A stretch of 64,000 nucleotides of DNA, from assembly GCA_016748015.1 (NCBI GenBank), contig JAAOMT010000076.1, positions 310,001 through 374,000 on the forward strand, given 5' to 3'. Both the position numbers and the translations under genes were made by a program. Positions 51,445-64,000 of the stretch are shown here, piece by piece; within the stretch, counting starts at the first letter, position 1, and each line of letters begins with the position of its first letter. This stretch comes from Geosiphon pyriformis uo1. Lineage: Eukaryota; Fungi; Glomeromycota. The notes under the pieces were generated by a model. It did not search any database. It worked only from the letters and a program-made list of their open reading frames with translations, and was not told the origin of the DNA.

Positions 51445-53500
51445 GACATTAGAAAATGCATGAAGCACTGATCAAAAAAGATAATGATCATATGCTACCT
51501 TGCTACATATCCTACATAATTAAGTTTCGAAAATGGCGCTAAGGGGTGAGATGTGATCTATGTTTCACGTGGTTAAAGATTTTCATCATAACTGATCATC
51601 TGTTAGAATCAAATATGTACATTAAAAACTTTAAACAAAGCAAATATATATAATAGCTTTGGAATTTTGAATAAAGTTTGAACTTTATTTTGCAGCAGAA
51701 ATAGTCCTGAATATATGAAACAGTTCCAATAAAAAGCAATTTCTCTACACATTGCAATAGAGTGGGGGTTAGAATTTCTAACAAAACCTGAATGCAGATC
51801 AAAAAGTCAAATTTTTGATTATTAAATGACATAATCAGCAAAATACTAGAAATTATTCGATGACATCCAAGTAGAGCATGAGGTTTTTACAATTATGGAA
51901 AATTTTATCAAGTAAAAAAAAATGACCTGTAGCTCATTTTGGAGGATATAAGCAAGAACAATAATGGTAATTTTAAATTGATACAATGATAAGCATTTAA
52001 AACTTTTGCCTAGGATAGATGTCCGAGTATTTGATAATTCTTATAATAAAAATGAACATACTTCTGAACTCTTACCAATATTGCACCTGAATTATCTCGT
52101 TAGTCATAAATATTTAAACCCAAAATATTTGACAAGCCAATTTAAATAACAAAGAATGTGAGTGAAAGAGGCGATTGTAAGGAAAAAAATTTTTTTTAAA
52201 AAATTTAGATTCAGAGATCCTACTTTAAAATGACTTACCGAGACAAACAAATTAATAAATTTCATTTTATTTATATATATGTATTCTATTTTTGATACCG
52301 AAATTTAAAAGTAGAATATTTGTAATTTTGAAGAAAAAAAAAGGTTTTTTCGAAAATAAATTTTGAAATTTTTACAAATGTCACTACAATTTCAAATAAA
52401 ATTGATTCCTATGAACTTTCCTGGTGACTAAAGGCAGAATATTTCTTACTATTAATTAATTAAAAACTTTGCTGTTTCAAAAGTTACACACACAAAAAAT
52501 AAGAAACTTTAGAATTTAAAAAAATAAAATATATAAAATTAAATTTTAAATGCTTTATTGAAAAGAATTCTTAAAAAATCAATTATAAACTATTTCCAAT
52601 TTTAAAATTAAGCTATTAACTTAAAATCAAGTATAGAAAAATTTTTTATTTAAACTATAATATTTCTTAAACCAATAAAAATGTCAAAAAAAGTTGTCTA
52701 TTACTATAAATGAGGATATTTTAATGAAAATTGATCATTATAAATTTTTTTTCAAATTTATAATTATAAAATTAAATTGTGCACCATTTTTTTATGGTGA
52801 AAATTATTGGTTATTATTAATAAATTTAGAATTTAAAAAAAAAATTAATTCCCCCTTTGTGATCTCATGATAGTAATGACAATAGATTCAATAAAATTTT
52901 TTATTTTTTGCAAATAAAAATGAATATCTCAAACCTGATTAACTAAACTTGAATTAAGCTTTCTTGTTAAATTTACCTCTCATTATAAAAATGGAACTCA
53001 ATAAAATTCTCAGCCGTTGACGGCATGCAGCTATAACCTTTAAGTAGGTCTCTATTATCACACACAATTGTTTAATGAAAAAGTTTGAAGTTATGATAAA
53101 AGTCATTAGACTCTCGATCAATGCAATCGCGGAATGAGATTCTGGTTACAAGTCTACGCCCACGAGCATTATATGCAGGAAAGGTTTTATTTGTCCAGTT
53201 ATAAAATTATAGTGACTCATTGTTTTTTAATGGGAAAGGTTTCCAAAATCATTCATGCTACCTTGACATTTGACACAATGATAATACTCAAATACTATTT
53301 ATACTCAAGTGTGACAAAATACTCATCTTTGATTTTTAGTCGCCTAAATCTACATATAAATCCAATAGAGAAGAAAAAAAAATTCAGCGCTCTCGTTCTC
53401 TTTTTTGTGAGGTGAAAAAAAAATTTTTCACTCTTCACGTTCGCTCTATATTTTATGGCTAATTTCGTCAGCAGGATTTTGATACAGTAATAAAAAAATC

Positions 53501-54414
53501 ATGTCTTTGGTTCGTAAAAATAGAACAATAGCATGCCTTCGTTGCCGTGAAAGCAAGACAAAATGTACAGGGGAACCAATTTGTCATCGTTGTCATAAAT
53601 TTAGATTCAAATGTGTTTTCCCTGTTGCCAACAAAAAACGTGGACCGCAGCAACGCTATGGGATGTTTTTGGAATCACGAGTAACTTGTCATACCAAAAT
53701 TCCTGCAGAAAGAATAGTCAATAAATTACCAACTGTCTTTAAAATTTTACAATATAATTCAAAAAGTGATCACATGATCACATCATCAGATAAGATTCCT
53801 TTCTATCAACCCTTCTATGATTTACCTTCAATCAACCAACCAAAACCTTCGGCTTCATGGAATGAAAGGATGGTTTCTAATGAGATCCAAAAATATTGTA
53901 ATCATAAACCGAATCAAACCTGCATGAAATGTAATGTTGCAAATGGCCTGAATATGTTAGGTATGCGTTGCATAATTTTTTTGACATGTTAATACATAGC
54001 TGTTCAAGCAAAATTCATTACAAAAAATTCTAAGAAACATGAACAAATTTCTTTTTAGGATATTCCGATTGCCCACAGGTTCAGTTTGCAAACCCGAATT
54101 GCAAAAAAACTTTTCTCAACTCTCTAGAATTGTTTCCTAAAAAAAATTCCTTCTTAGAAAACCCCAACATCCACCCAAAAATTTCATCAATTTTCGAAAA
54201 GGGCTCTCAATCCGGAATATTTGAAGAATTCGTTACCCTCCCTTTATTGGATCTTAATTATCCATTATATCCTAGTATCTCAGCTTTGGCCATGAATCAA
54301 TTTCCTCTGGTTGTGCCGTTATCCTCGTCTTCAATCTTTGACGGCAAGATCAGCAAAGGGAACTCAGATACAACATTAAAAAGTGACTATTTCGAGGATC
54401 ACTCCCTATCTTGA
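53501..54414 (+). CDS. Zn(II)2Cys6 (GAL4-like) transcription factor, ~271 aa; exons 53501-53960 and 54059-54414
   Basis: ACLRCRESKTKCTGEPICHRCHKFRFKCVF..KKRGP. Phase-1 intron 53961-54058 (GTATGC...TTTTTAG) joins in frame to ORF 54130..54414. Confidence 0.88.
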
Positions 54415-57400
54415 AGCTACCTTGATTATCAGACTTTTCAAAAATGCCCATTAGAATATCTATGTGATAAATTTTATTAGTGACTATTTTGGCACGGTTA
54501 AGAAACTCAATGGAAAAAATTATAAAATTTTGACGAAACTCATTTATAATAAGCTTAAATTTACGCAACCGAGTTTTTACATGGAGATTTATTCTTTTAA
54601 GCATTAAAAATAAGACCAATATGTCATAAGGACGAATATCTATAAAATTGAAAGCATGTTCTTCCAGTTTAACGGACCGGTTTTCACCTAATTGATCAAC
54701 TTCGCGTTTTATTTCAAGTCATTATTTTTTAGTCAATTCTCTTTGACTAGATAGTACCTTTAATTCGTTTTATTTGCCATAATAAAATATTTAGCACAGG
54801 TCAAATCAAAATTTTTGATGAATTGAATTTTCGAAAATTCTCAAGGTCAGATTGTGAAATTAATTAATGTTTGCCTTGTGTAAAAGATCTATCTTAAATT
54901 TCGATAAAGCTTTGAGGGCTTTGAAGTTTTGAATAAATTAATTTCACATTGACTACGCGGATAAACTTGATACCCTGAAAAAATCGCTATAAAATATAAT
55001 TGCCAATTCCTTTGAAAAATATATTAAAGTTTAGAATCTTATGGTCAAATACGATACTAAATTATCTCCGGTTTTTATAAAACCAAGAATAGTTCTTGAA
55101 GAGCTGTAAGCTACAATTTGACAAATTAATTGAAGTCTACAAGTCTTTTAAAACTTTTAAGTTGTGAAAAAATTCTTAAAAACTAAAAAAATGATCATTT
55201 TAATATTATAACAGTTGTGTAATTAAAAAACAAAAAACAAAAATATTAATTAATAATAATTATGAAAATACAAAACAAATGAATAACATGTTTTATGGTT
55301 TTAATGAAATAAGATTTATTTGCTTTTATGAAAAAAATTAAAAGATTTAACCAATAAATTAGTATAGGCGTTAAATAATTTAATAAATTAATAATTTTAT
55401 TTTTCAATTTGAACCTTAAAATATAATAGAATTTATCAAAAAATACAGTTATCAAAATTTTTATTTAATAAAATTTACTTTTATATATTAGATCTATTAA
55501 GAGTCATCTAAATATAATAAATAGTAAAATAAGTATTAAAAATAGCATAAGTATAAAATTTTATTGTAATAATTTCTTATCTTTTAGGCAAATAAACTAG
55601 ATAAATAAATTTTTAATGTATGATAATTAAATTAAAAGACCAATTAATAAACCAATCTTTAGAAAAATCAATCATTTTTAATTTAAACTGCACTGGATGA
55701 ATAATTTGTTGCTTATTATTACTTTATGTATTTACTTGATTTTAAAAACTGCAACTTCTTAGTTATAGGCTTGTAATTATACAAAACTTTAAGTTAAACT
55801 AATTTTAAAAAAACTTTTTTGGCAATAGAATAATATTAAAATAAGCATTTCAATACTTTTCAATAAGTTTAGGATAAAAAGATTGAATGAAAAAGAAGAT
55901 AATTTCAGGTTTTTTGTTATTTAGAATAGTCTTTATAAAAAATTATAAAAACAATTATAATAAAAAGCTATTAGAAAATATTGATTTGAGCTTTTTTATT
56001 AAATTAGTTATTATTTTTAAGTACTTTAAAAATATTTTTGGGTTTTTTTTGCTTTTATTCTTATAAATTTTTGATTTCTCCAAATATGTTATTTTCAATG
56101 ATATTATTATGATTGAAATTTTTATTTTTTAAGTTTTATATTTAATTAGCTATATTTAATCACATGTATTAACCAATGATGTCATTATTTAGCCATCCTA
56201 TTTTTAGAATTAGTTATTGATGTAATTATTGACCTAATTATTGATCTCTTTTTAAGAATATATAAGTAAAACTTTTTAAAAGCACTAACATAAGGTATAG
56301 AATTATACTAGTGTGTTATTTTTTCTTAACAGCACAATTTTTTTCCATCTCTAAATTTTCTTATTACTTTTTGGAAAAAATAGTGACTGAAATATTTATA
56401 AACCTGATCTTATATATTGAATTCTTATTATTTCAATTTGTTTATTAAAGTTGAATTATCTTCATATTATTTTTATTGTTATACAATACTGTTTTTTTTG
56501 CTATCTATTAGCATGTTATAACTAATTATAAAAATATTAAACTCACATTTAATTAAAATAATAAACCGTTTTTATTTTTTAAAACATTATAATAAGAATT
56601 ATTTTTTTACAAGAATTACTTTTTTTTAATTTAACTTTAAAAATCAATATTCTCTATTTTTTATAAAAATAAAAATCATGAATTATTGCTAATTGGTTTT
56701 TATTTTCTGTTTAGCTTTTTAGAATTATTCCAATTATATGAACTCATAAAAATTTTGTGTTTTTTATGTTTTTTAAAAGAATAATATATACTGCTAAACA
56801 AAGTTTTTATTTTTAAATTTTTTGGCATTTGAAATTTTCTAGAACTTTCTTATTATTCTTTTAAATCTTTAATAATCTGATAAATTTTTTATATTCTATT
56901 AGAATTTCATCTTTTTATATTTATTATAGTCATAAAAAAACAGAAAGTCTATTATGTCAATAATTTTTTTATGATTAAATTGTTTTTACAAGTCGGATAA
57001 AATTTTTTTGCTTTTACAAATAGTACAATTGTATTTCTTACCATTTTTTTCCATAGTAATTACAATTATACTTAAATAATTCACAGTTTTTTTAACAGTT
57101 TAATATAATTCTAATCTATTAATTAAGATCTGTATCTTTTATAATTGAAATATATTGGGTTTTGGTTTTATATTTTCTGTTTTAATTTTTTTATAAAATA
57201 CTACAAATGTTAAAATAATATTTTTCACAATTTTTAATATATTTATTTGTTAACACAACTAAAATTTTAATATTTAAATCTAATTTCTAAAAAGTTAATT
57301 GTAAGTTCAAAAAGAAATTTCAGATTTGAATTCTTGTGTATTATTAATCTGTTTAATTTATCAAATTAATTTACAAATTTTTATTTAAAAAGTTCTTAAA

Positions 57401-58799
57401 ATTTGAATGAAACTTTTTATCTCTTTTAAAAATATAACTAAACTTTCATATTAACTACTATTTGTTGTAATACAATCTTATTATTTAAAAGCAAAATTCA
57501 ATGTTTAAATTAAATTTGGGTTATTTTGAAAATAAGTTATTATTATGTAATTATAATTAAATTGCTTTTAATAAATTTATAAACAATGCTTTTCAATCAA
57601 CACAATTTGTTTTAAAATAATAAAACAAAATTTATTTTTTTAAATTATTGAATTTATCAAAAATATATTTTTAAAAATGTGCAAATAATAAAATATTTTG
57701 CAAATTAAATATTATTATTATTTAATTTTTCAATTTTTAATGATCTTATTTATATTTAAACATATATTAGCTATTAATATTATATATTTAATCATTTTAT
57801 TTTTAGAATTAGTTATTGGTTTAACTATTAATTTGTTTATTGGCTTAATTTCTAACTTAATTATTAATTGGTTTATTATTATTTTTTAAAAAAAACATAA
57901 ACAAATTTTTTATAACTTAAAAAGCATTTAGCAAAAATTAATTAATTAATATGATTAACTTAATTTTATTTTATAAATTTGATTAAAACTTTTTTTGATA
58001 TTTTTATTACTATACATAATTTATTATTTTGCTATATATTAATTTGTTACTTTAATTTGTAACAATATATAAAACAAAATTTTAAAATTATTACAAATAA
58101 TAATAAATTAAATTTGTTATCTTGAACATAAGAATTATATACAATAAGCATTAAAAGTAATATCTAAATTTTTATGTTGTAATACATATAAATTAAATAT
58201 TTTTTTATTGCTTACTTTAAATAAATTTCTATCAAAATGGTTAAAAAATTATATGCTATTAATTTGAATATAATAAATACATAAAAACATTTTTTAATAT
58301 AAAAATATCTTTTAAAATTATTAAAAAGTGCAAAAAATCAATAAATTAATACATATTATATATAAATAATTCAAAAATTTTCAAGCTTTTAAGGTTAGAT
58401 TCTTTTTTAAAAAGTAATTATTAAAGATTAAAAAAAGTCAATTGCATATTTATTAACCAGATTGCTTTGTGAAATATAAAAATAAAATTTTGTATTTATT
58501 TTATCTCAAGTACTTTTTTTTTTATTTTTAACAGATTTTTTGTTGTTTATATGTATTTCAAATTACTTCTTTACATACCACTTAAACTTTTTTATTTTTT
58601 ATTTGTATGATTAAAACAATATTATAATACCAACTACTAGTATTTAACTTATATTTATTTAATTTCACTTTTAATTAAAAATAGAATATAAATAAAACAA
58701 TTTTTAAAAGAAACTTCCACTTTGCATAAAACACTTTTAGCATTCAGCTGTTTTACTGAGCTGTTATTATAAACTTTGATGCTATTAATATTCAAACCA

Positions 58800-59270
58800 A
58801 CCAGACTTTTTTCTGATAACAGAGATTACTGCCAATTTGGAAAAACTTTTCTTATATTGCTCAATCTCTTAATTATCATTTATTCAAAAATGTAAAATAC
58901 AAATAGACTAAAAAAAGCAAAAATTTTTTAATTACTTTAAGCAAAAGCTTATAAAAGGCAGAATTTTGGTCTATCTTAATTTTCGAAAGAAAATTATTTT
59001 TACAATAAATGTTTTTCAAATTGGAATTGGAGCCATTTTATTTAGACTTAATAAAAACAGCAAAGAATATGTAGTTGTTTATGCCAGCGGAAATCTTAAA
59101 TCTGCTAAGAAAAGATAAAAATAAATGTTTAGTAATTGTATAAACTGTTAAAAGTATTTCTGACAATACTTAATCTTTAACCCATTTAATATTGTAACTA
59201 CTTATAAAAAATTTATCGGGTTATTTAAAAAAATCCACTAAAAAGTAAATATGTTAGATGAATTACCATT
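58800..59270 (+). mobile_element. Degenerate Ty3/Gypsy pol fragment (RT connection / RNase H)
   Basis: Remnants FSYIAQSLN..KNVKYK*T, YLNFRKKIIFTINVFQIGIGAILFRLNKNSKEYVVVYASGNLKSAKK and KYF*QYLIFNPFNIVTTY parallel the Gypsy motifs F..IA.PL....W, YPDF.KPFILxTDAS..G.GA.L.Q......IAYASR.L..AE and F..YL.G..F.IVTDH. Confidence 0.8.
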
Positions 59271-59576
59271 ATACAATTTTATATCCACAAAATATAGAAT
59301 ATTATTCTTAAATTCAAAAAAAAGTACTAAAATTCTGATGATATTCATGCATTTTGCGCAACTTTGATGAGATATTAAAAATCTTACCAGAAAAAAAGTA
59401 ACCAATACAAATATTTGTATTGAAAGTTTCCTATATTTAACAATAATATAAATAGAGAAAAATATTTGTCAGAAATGATTAGATTTCAATAAGTATATAA
59501 ATGAAAACTATACAATCGAAATGATAGTTTTCTGTAAAACCTTCTTTCAAAAAAGCTAAAAATTTTATAGTGAAAC

Positions 59577-61052
59577 ATGGATTTTTGGAAATTATTACTT
59601 TTTTCGACTGAGGTTTGAAATATGGAAATTCAAAGAAAAGATAGAAGTTTATTTTTTATTTTTTCAATTTTACAATAAAATTTGTATAATTTTTTAGTCA
59701 AGTTCGCTTATGTTGCTTGTATGTTTAGCCGGATATTTTGGCGCAAGGGTTAAAATTTTGACACCTATTGTAGAGGAGGTAATTTATTTAAAGGTTCAAT
59801 TAATGATTAATATTAAGAAGTCTTTTCCTAATAACATTCAACAAATTTTGAAATTTAATATTTTTATAGGGTTTATCTAAATTGACAGTCCAGTTTTTAC
59901 TACCATGTTTATTATTTTCAAAAGTTGCCAAAATAATTGATCTTGAAGCTATGATTCGTCTATGGCCCCTTCCAGCTTTTTTCATTCTATTTAATTTAAT
60001 CGGTGCAATACTTGGTGTTATAGGAGGGAAATTCTTGGGACTTTCCGGATCTCATACAAAATTCGTGGCAAATGGAATAATGTTTAATAATGTTTCGAGT
60101 TTGCCAATTAGTTTGATTCAGGGTTTAACGACCACAGAGGCTATGAAAGTTCTTTTGATGAATGAAATGGATACGCCGGTGAAAGCAGCTAGTCGTGGAA
60201 TGTCATATACTTTGCTCAATATATTGTTTTCATCTATTATCAGGTATGTAAATTATACGACATTTCAAAAGTTTTTTGCATCATACTTGTTTGTTTGTTT
60301 ATTAGTTATTTATTTATTTATTTGCTTGTTTTTATTAAAAATCATAACTAATAACAATAATTTCATTTGATAGGTTTAGTCTAGGAACTTATATGACAAA
60401 AAAAGAGTCAAACGTGGTTACAGCACAACCGTCAGATCAAGGATCACTGAATGAAAATTCCCTGCTTTTGCCTCATCCTCAACATAAAGATAAAAAGAAC
60501 AGATCTGTGTTCTCAATAAGCATATGTGTTATAAATAAAATTCGAAATTTTATGAACCCTCCACTTTATGCTGCTATCTTAGCAATAGTTGTCGGTATAA
60601 TAACTCCTTTCAAAAAAATATTCTTTGGGACATCAGCACCATTATACCCATCAATCACACATGCGATAGAATACATTGGCGAAATCACAATTCCAGTAAC
60701 ACTTTTATGTCTCGGTGCTCAGATGAAGAATTTTTCTCCTCTCAAGAATCGATCAATGTTACCAGCTATCTCTTATATATTATTATGCCGATTTATTATT
60801 ATGCCGGCAATCGCGATCGTTTTAGTTATTTTAACACGCAATTGGTATTTTCAAGATCCGATGCTATGGTTTGTCCTGATGTTATCGGCAAGTGGTCCAA
60901 GCGCTATCAATATTATTAATATCGCACAAATTACTGGCACTTTTCAGGAAGAAACTACAGCCTTGTTGTTGTATTCTTATTTAGTAACAACACCAATTTT
61001 AGTTGCTTATCTGGTGATTATGTTATCGATTATTGGGGAAATTTTATACTGA
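59577..61052 (+). CDS. Auxin efflux carrier family (PILS-like, Mem_trans) membrane transporter, ~389 aa; exons 59577-59612, 59698-59778, 59870-60243, 60374-61052
   Basis: Three GT-AG introns give one continuous frame: MDFWKLLLFSTE/SSSLMLLVCLAGYFGAR..LSKLTVQFLLPCLLFSKV..FNNVSSLPISLIQGL..RGMSY..R/FSLG..FMNPPLYAAILA..IPVTLLCLGA..RFIIMP..DPMLWFVLML...PSA. Confidence 0.9.
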
Positions 61053-62209
61053 CCATTAATGAAAGGATGGGATATAAAAAAAATTTCTAAATGAGATTTC
61101 TGGGAAAAATTTAGATTTAATTATATTATTTTTTTATATTCTTAGTCTTCTTTCACAGATTAATGGAATTTAGTCTACGAAACATATGTCTAACATTAAC
61201 CGAGTAAATATGTCTTATCAGTAAATTTTGATTATCTCGGTTTGTCAAAAAAACTTTTGACTCTTTAGTCTTTGATAAACATAAGGAAAAAGCTCGAAAA
61301 GGCAAATTAGAAAATTTAAGTTGATTTGACATGAATCTTACTTTTAAAAACATAAGGGTAATTTTCGAGGTTTTAGTAATTGTAAAAGAAGTTTAATAAC
61401 ATCACTAAAAGAAAAACCCTCATTCCCATATGTCATACAATTATTATATATAACTTGAAGTAATTTACACATCTCCAATATTTGCAAGTTACATGCAAGA
61501 CCCCTCAAAAAATTAAATTTTAGTAGTATTTTTCATTCCAAAATTTGTCGTCTAAAATCTGAAACTTGAATGTTTTAAATCTTTTTGATGACGAAAGTAC
61601 ATTACTCTCCCAACTGCCATTTTATCTCCCGAAAATTTTGAAATTAACTAATCTTTAAGTATCAGTGTTTTTGCCGTCAATTAACGAGGAAAAATTTTAT
61701 TAACCCTAATCAATCAGCAGTTTCATAAGTTATGTTGTTTTTTTTGCTGCTAGCTTTATTGACTGTTTTTTCTTTGAGGTTCAAAATTTTTGTTGCAATT
61801 TGCTTTATTAGAGGGTTCAATAATACACAAAATAACAGTTACAAATAAATGTTCTATAATTTACCCGCGATCGGAGCCTAGTCGATTTCTCAGTAAAACT
61901 TGAATCAAAGAATGCCCTTTTTTAATAATACACGACCAAATTGTGTTTTTTGGGCCAAAATTAATATGATTCTGAGATTTAGCTGTTGCCAATGGATTAT
62001 TAATATTTATTTGGAACAAGATCAAAAAAAAAATTTTACTTTTAATTTTAATTTTATAGCCTTCAAGATTGAGATTATATAATTTCACCCTTTATCCGAA
62101 AACACTAAAAGCGACGTGTAAAAATGGTCAAGATATAAAAAACTTGATGTTTTATCAAATTTATATTATTTTTTCTTAAAAAGATAATAATCGGGTAGTT
62201 AATATGACT

Positions 62210-62490
62210 ATTAACATCTTACAATATGAATATGGTATATTTCTAATACATAAATTTGTGACCTCGGATTATTTCAATCTACAACAATGAAGCAACAACA
62301 GCAACATCAAACTTAGAAACAACAGCAGGAGTGGAGAAATAGATATATGAAGTGATCCCATACATTCGACCAGAAATTTTCAGAGAAGAAAAGTTTACTA
62401 TGGCTGGTGATATTTATAGTTATGAAATGTTTATTATAGAAATTGGCAACAAGAAAGCCTTTCTTTCATAATTGTTTCCATGATCAAATT
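62210..62490 (+). pseudogene. Tyrosine-kinase-like protein kinase relic (subdomains VIb-IX)
   Basis: NILQ, ICDLGL, IYEVIPYIRPEIFREEKFTMAGDIYSYEM, *KLATRKPFFHNCFHD, compared with the AM-fungal TKL pattern DLGL / IYGVIPY.PE..RG.......DIYSFGM..WELATGKPPF; contains stops and frameshifts. Confidence 0.85.
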
Positions 62491-64000
62491 CCTAAATTAA
62501 AATATAACTATAATAAATTTTTAACAACAATTGAATTTAGATAACCAAAAAATAAAACAAGTTTGACTATTAATTTGAAAAACCAAAATTTTAATTTTAA
62601 AAATAATACAACCAAACAAAAAATTACCCAATTTGGGTTTTAAAAATATTATAAAAAATAATTTTTTTTTGTTTAAAAAATTTTAATCCTGTTTTTATTA
62701 ACACAAATTAACAAACAAAAACAGTTTTAAAAAATTCAAAAATTTTAAATTAAATAATAGTATATTATTAAAAATTAATAAATTTTAGTTTAACACTAAT
62801 ATATTTACTAAAAATATTCTTAATACTATTAAAAAATATTATAAAAAAGCAAAAAGAAAAATTATAAAATTTATTACAATATTAAGAATGACAAAAAAAA
62901 TAAAATTATCAAATTGAATTTTAATAGTGGTATTTAAAAAATTCTGAAATATAATTTTCATATAAAAAATTTAATATTATTTTTAAAAACCAATTTATAT
63001 TAATAAAATCAAACAAAAATTAAACCACTGTCTTTATTTAAATTATCTTAATCTTAACAGTTATATTAAACACCAAAACAAAAATCATTTATTTAGAAAG
63101 CTTTTAACAATTACTAATTGTTTTAAGTTCTATAAAATTAATAACATTTTTAAAAACCAAAAAAAATGTTTAATTTCTATTTTGTTAATTTAATTTTTGT
63201 AATTTATTAATTAAATTTATATGTAAAAACATAATTTGTTTTGTTTTTAAAACCAGCAAAAATTAATTAAACCTAAATATATTAAACAATACAGCTATAT
63301 ACTAATTTAAATTAACTTTTGCAAATATATTGCTATTATTATTATTTAAAATAGAAAAAAATTTGTTGTTTTAACCAAAATAGAATTAAATACTATAATT
63401 ACTATTATTGGAATAAAGCTTACTAAATTACCAAAAAATTAAAAAAGACTAATAAATAAATTTAACTTTAATAAGAAAATTAAATTTGTAGAAATTTAAT
63501 ATACAAAATTAGTTTTATAAATATTTCAGTTGCTATTTTTTTAAAAGATAAAAAAATAGTTTGTATTATTAATAAAAGATAATATAAATATTGTAATTAT
63601 ATGTCTTATGTTGGTATTTTTATAATTTAATAACAGATATTATTTATATATTTTAGTAAACATTTATTCAATATACTTTATAAAGCTAACAATATACAAA
63701 TTAAGAAAAAAAATAATAAAATAATTAAGATAATCAAAAATTAAAAGTTTAATCATACCAGTAGTATTTTAAAAAAAAAATATATGTTTTTTAGCAACAA
63801 AAAACTCCTTTATATTTAATTTATTTAAAAATAATGATTTGAAAATATTATTTAGCTGTTTTTATTGTTAAATAGTCTTTTTAAGTAGTAATATTATTAA
63901 AGACTATAAAAAAACAAATGTTGTTTCTTTTTTACTTTTTGTTTTAGCCGTAATTATAAAAATATAAAAAAAAGCTTTTTATTTTAATAAAAATCTTTAT

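Noticed and set aside
55246-57889. Short I/L/F/N/K-rich ORFs in AT blocks (also 20424, 25431, 25788, 33843)
   Set aside because: Composition-driven chance ORFs.

Overview
Very AT-rich eukaryotic (fungal) DNA with short GT-AG introns and three N-gaps. The gene content points to an arbuscular mycorrhizal fungus (Glomeromycotina) or a relative; this is inferred from a MATA-type HMG-box gene and a DLG-type tyrosine-kinase-like relic. Supported genes: a promethin-like membrane protein, an HMG-box transcription factor, a small coiled-coil protein, DUF4419-like genes, two short Zn(II)2Cys6 factors, a DHA2-type MFS transporter, a Cys-rich GPI-type surface protein and a PILS/auxin-efflux-carrier-family transporter. 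Five of these are spliced models that I rebuilt by hand. The most striking structure is a birth-and-death array of at least nine intronless DUF4419-like copies (intact, gapped, pseudogenised and fossil, on both strands) over about 3.8-35 kb. It shows head-to-head gene/fossil units, microhomology-flanked deletions and a chimeric upstream region. Second, relics of a Tc1/mariner transposase, a Ty3/Gypsy pol and a kinase, plus the DUF4419 pseudogenes, differ from their family motifs mostly by C>T/G>A changes, several apparently outside CpG. Together with large AT-rich blocks, this suggests a repeat-directed mutation process. Duplications next to the 20-N gaps are probably assembly artefacts. All family assignments are motif recognition by eye; no database searches were run.
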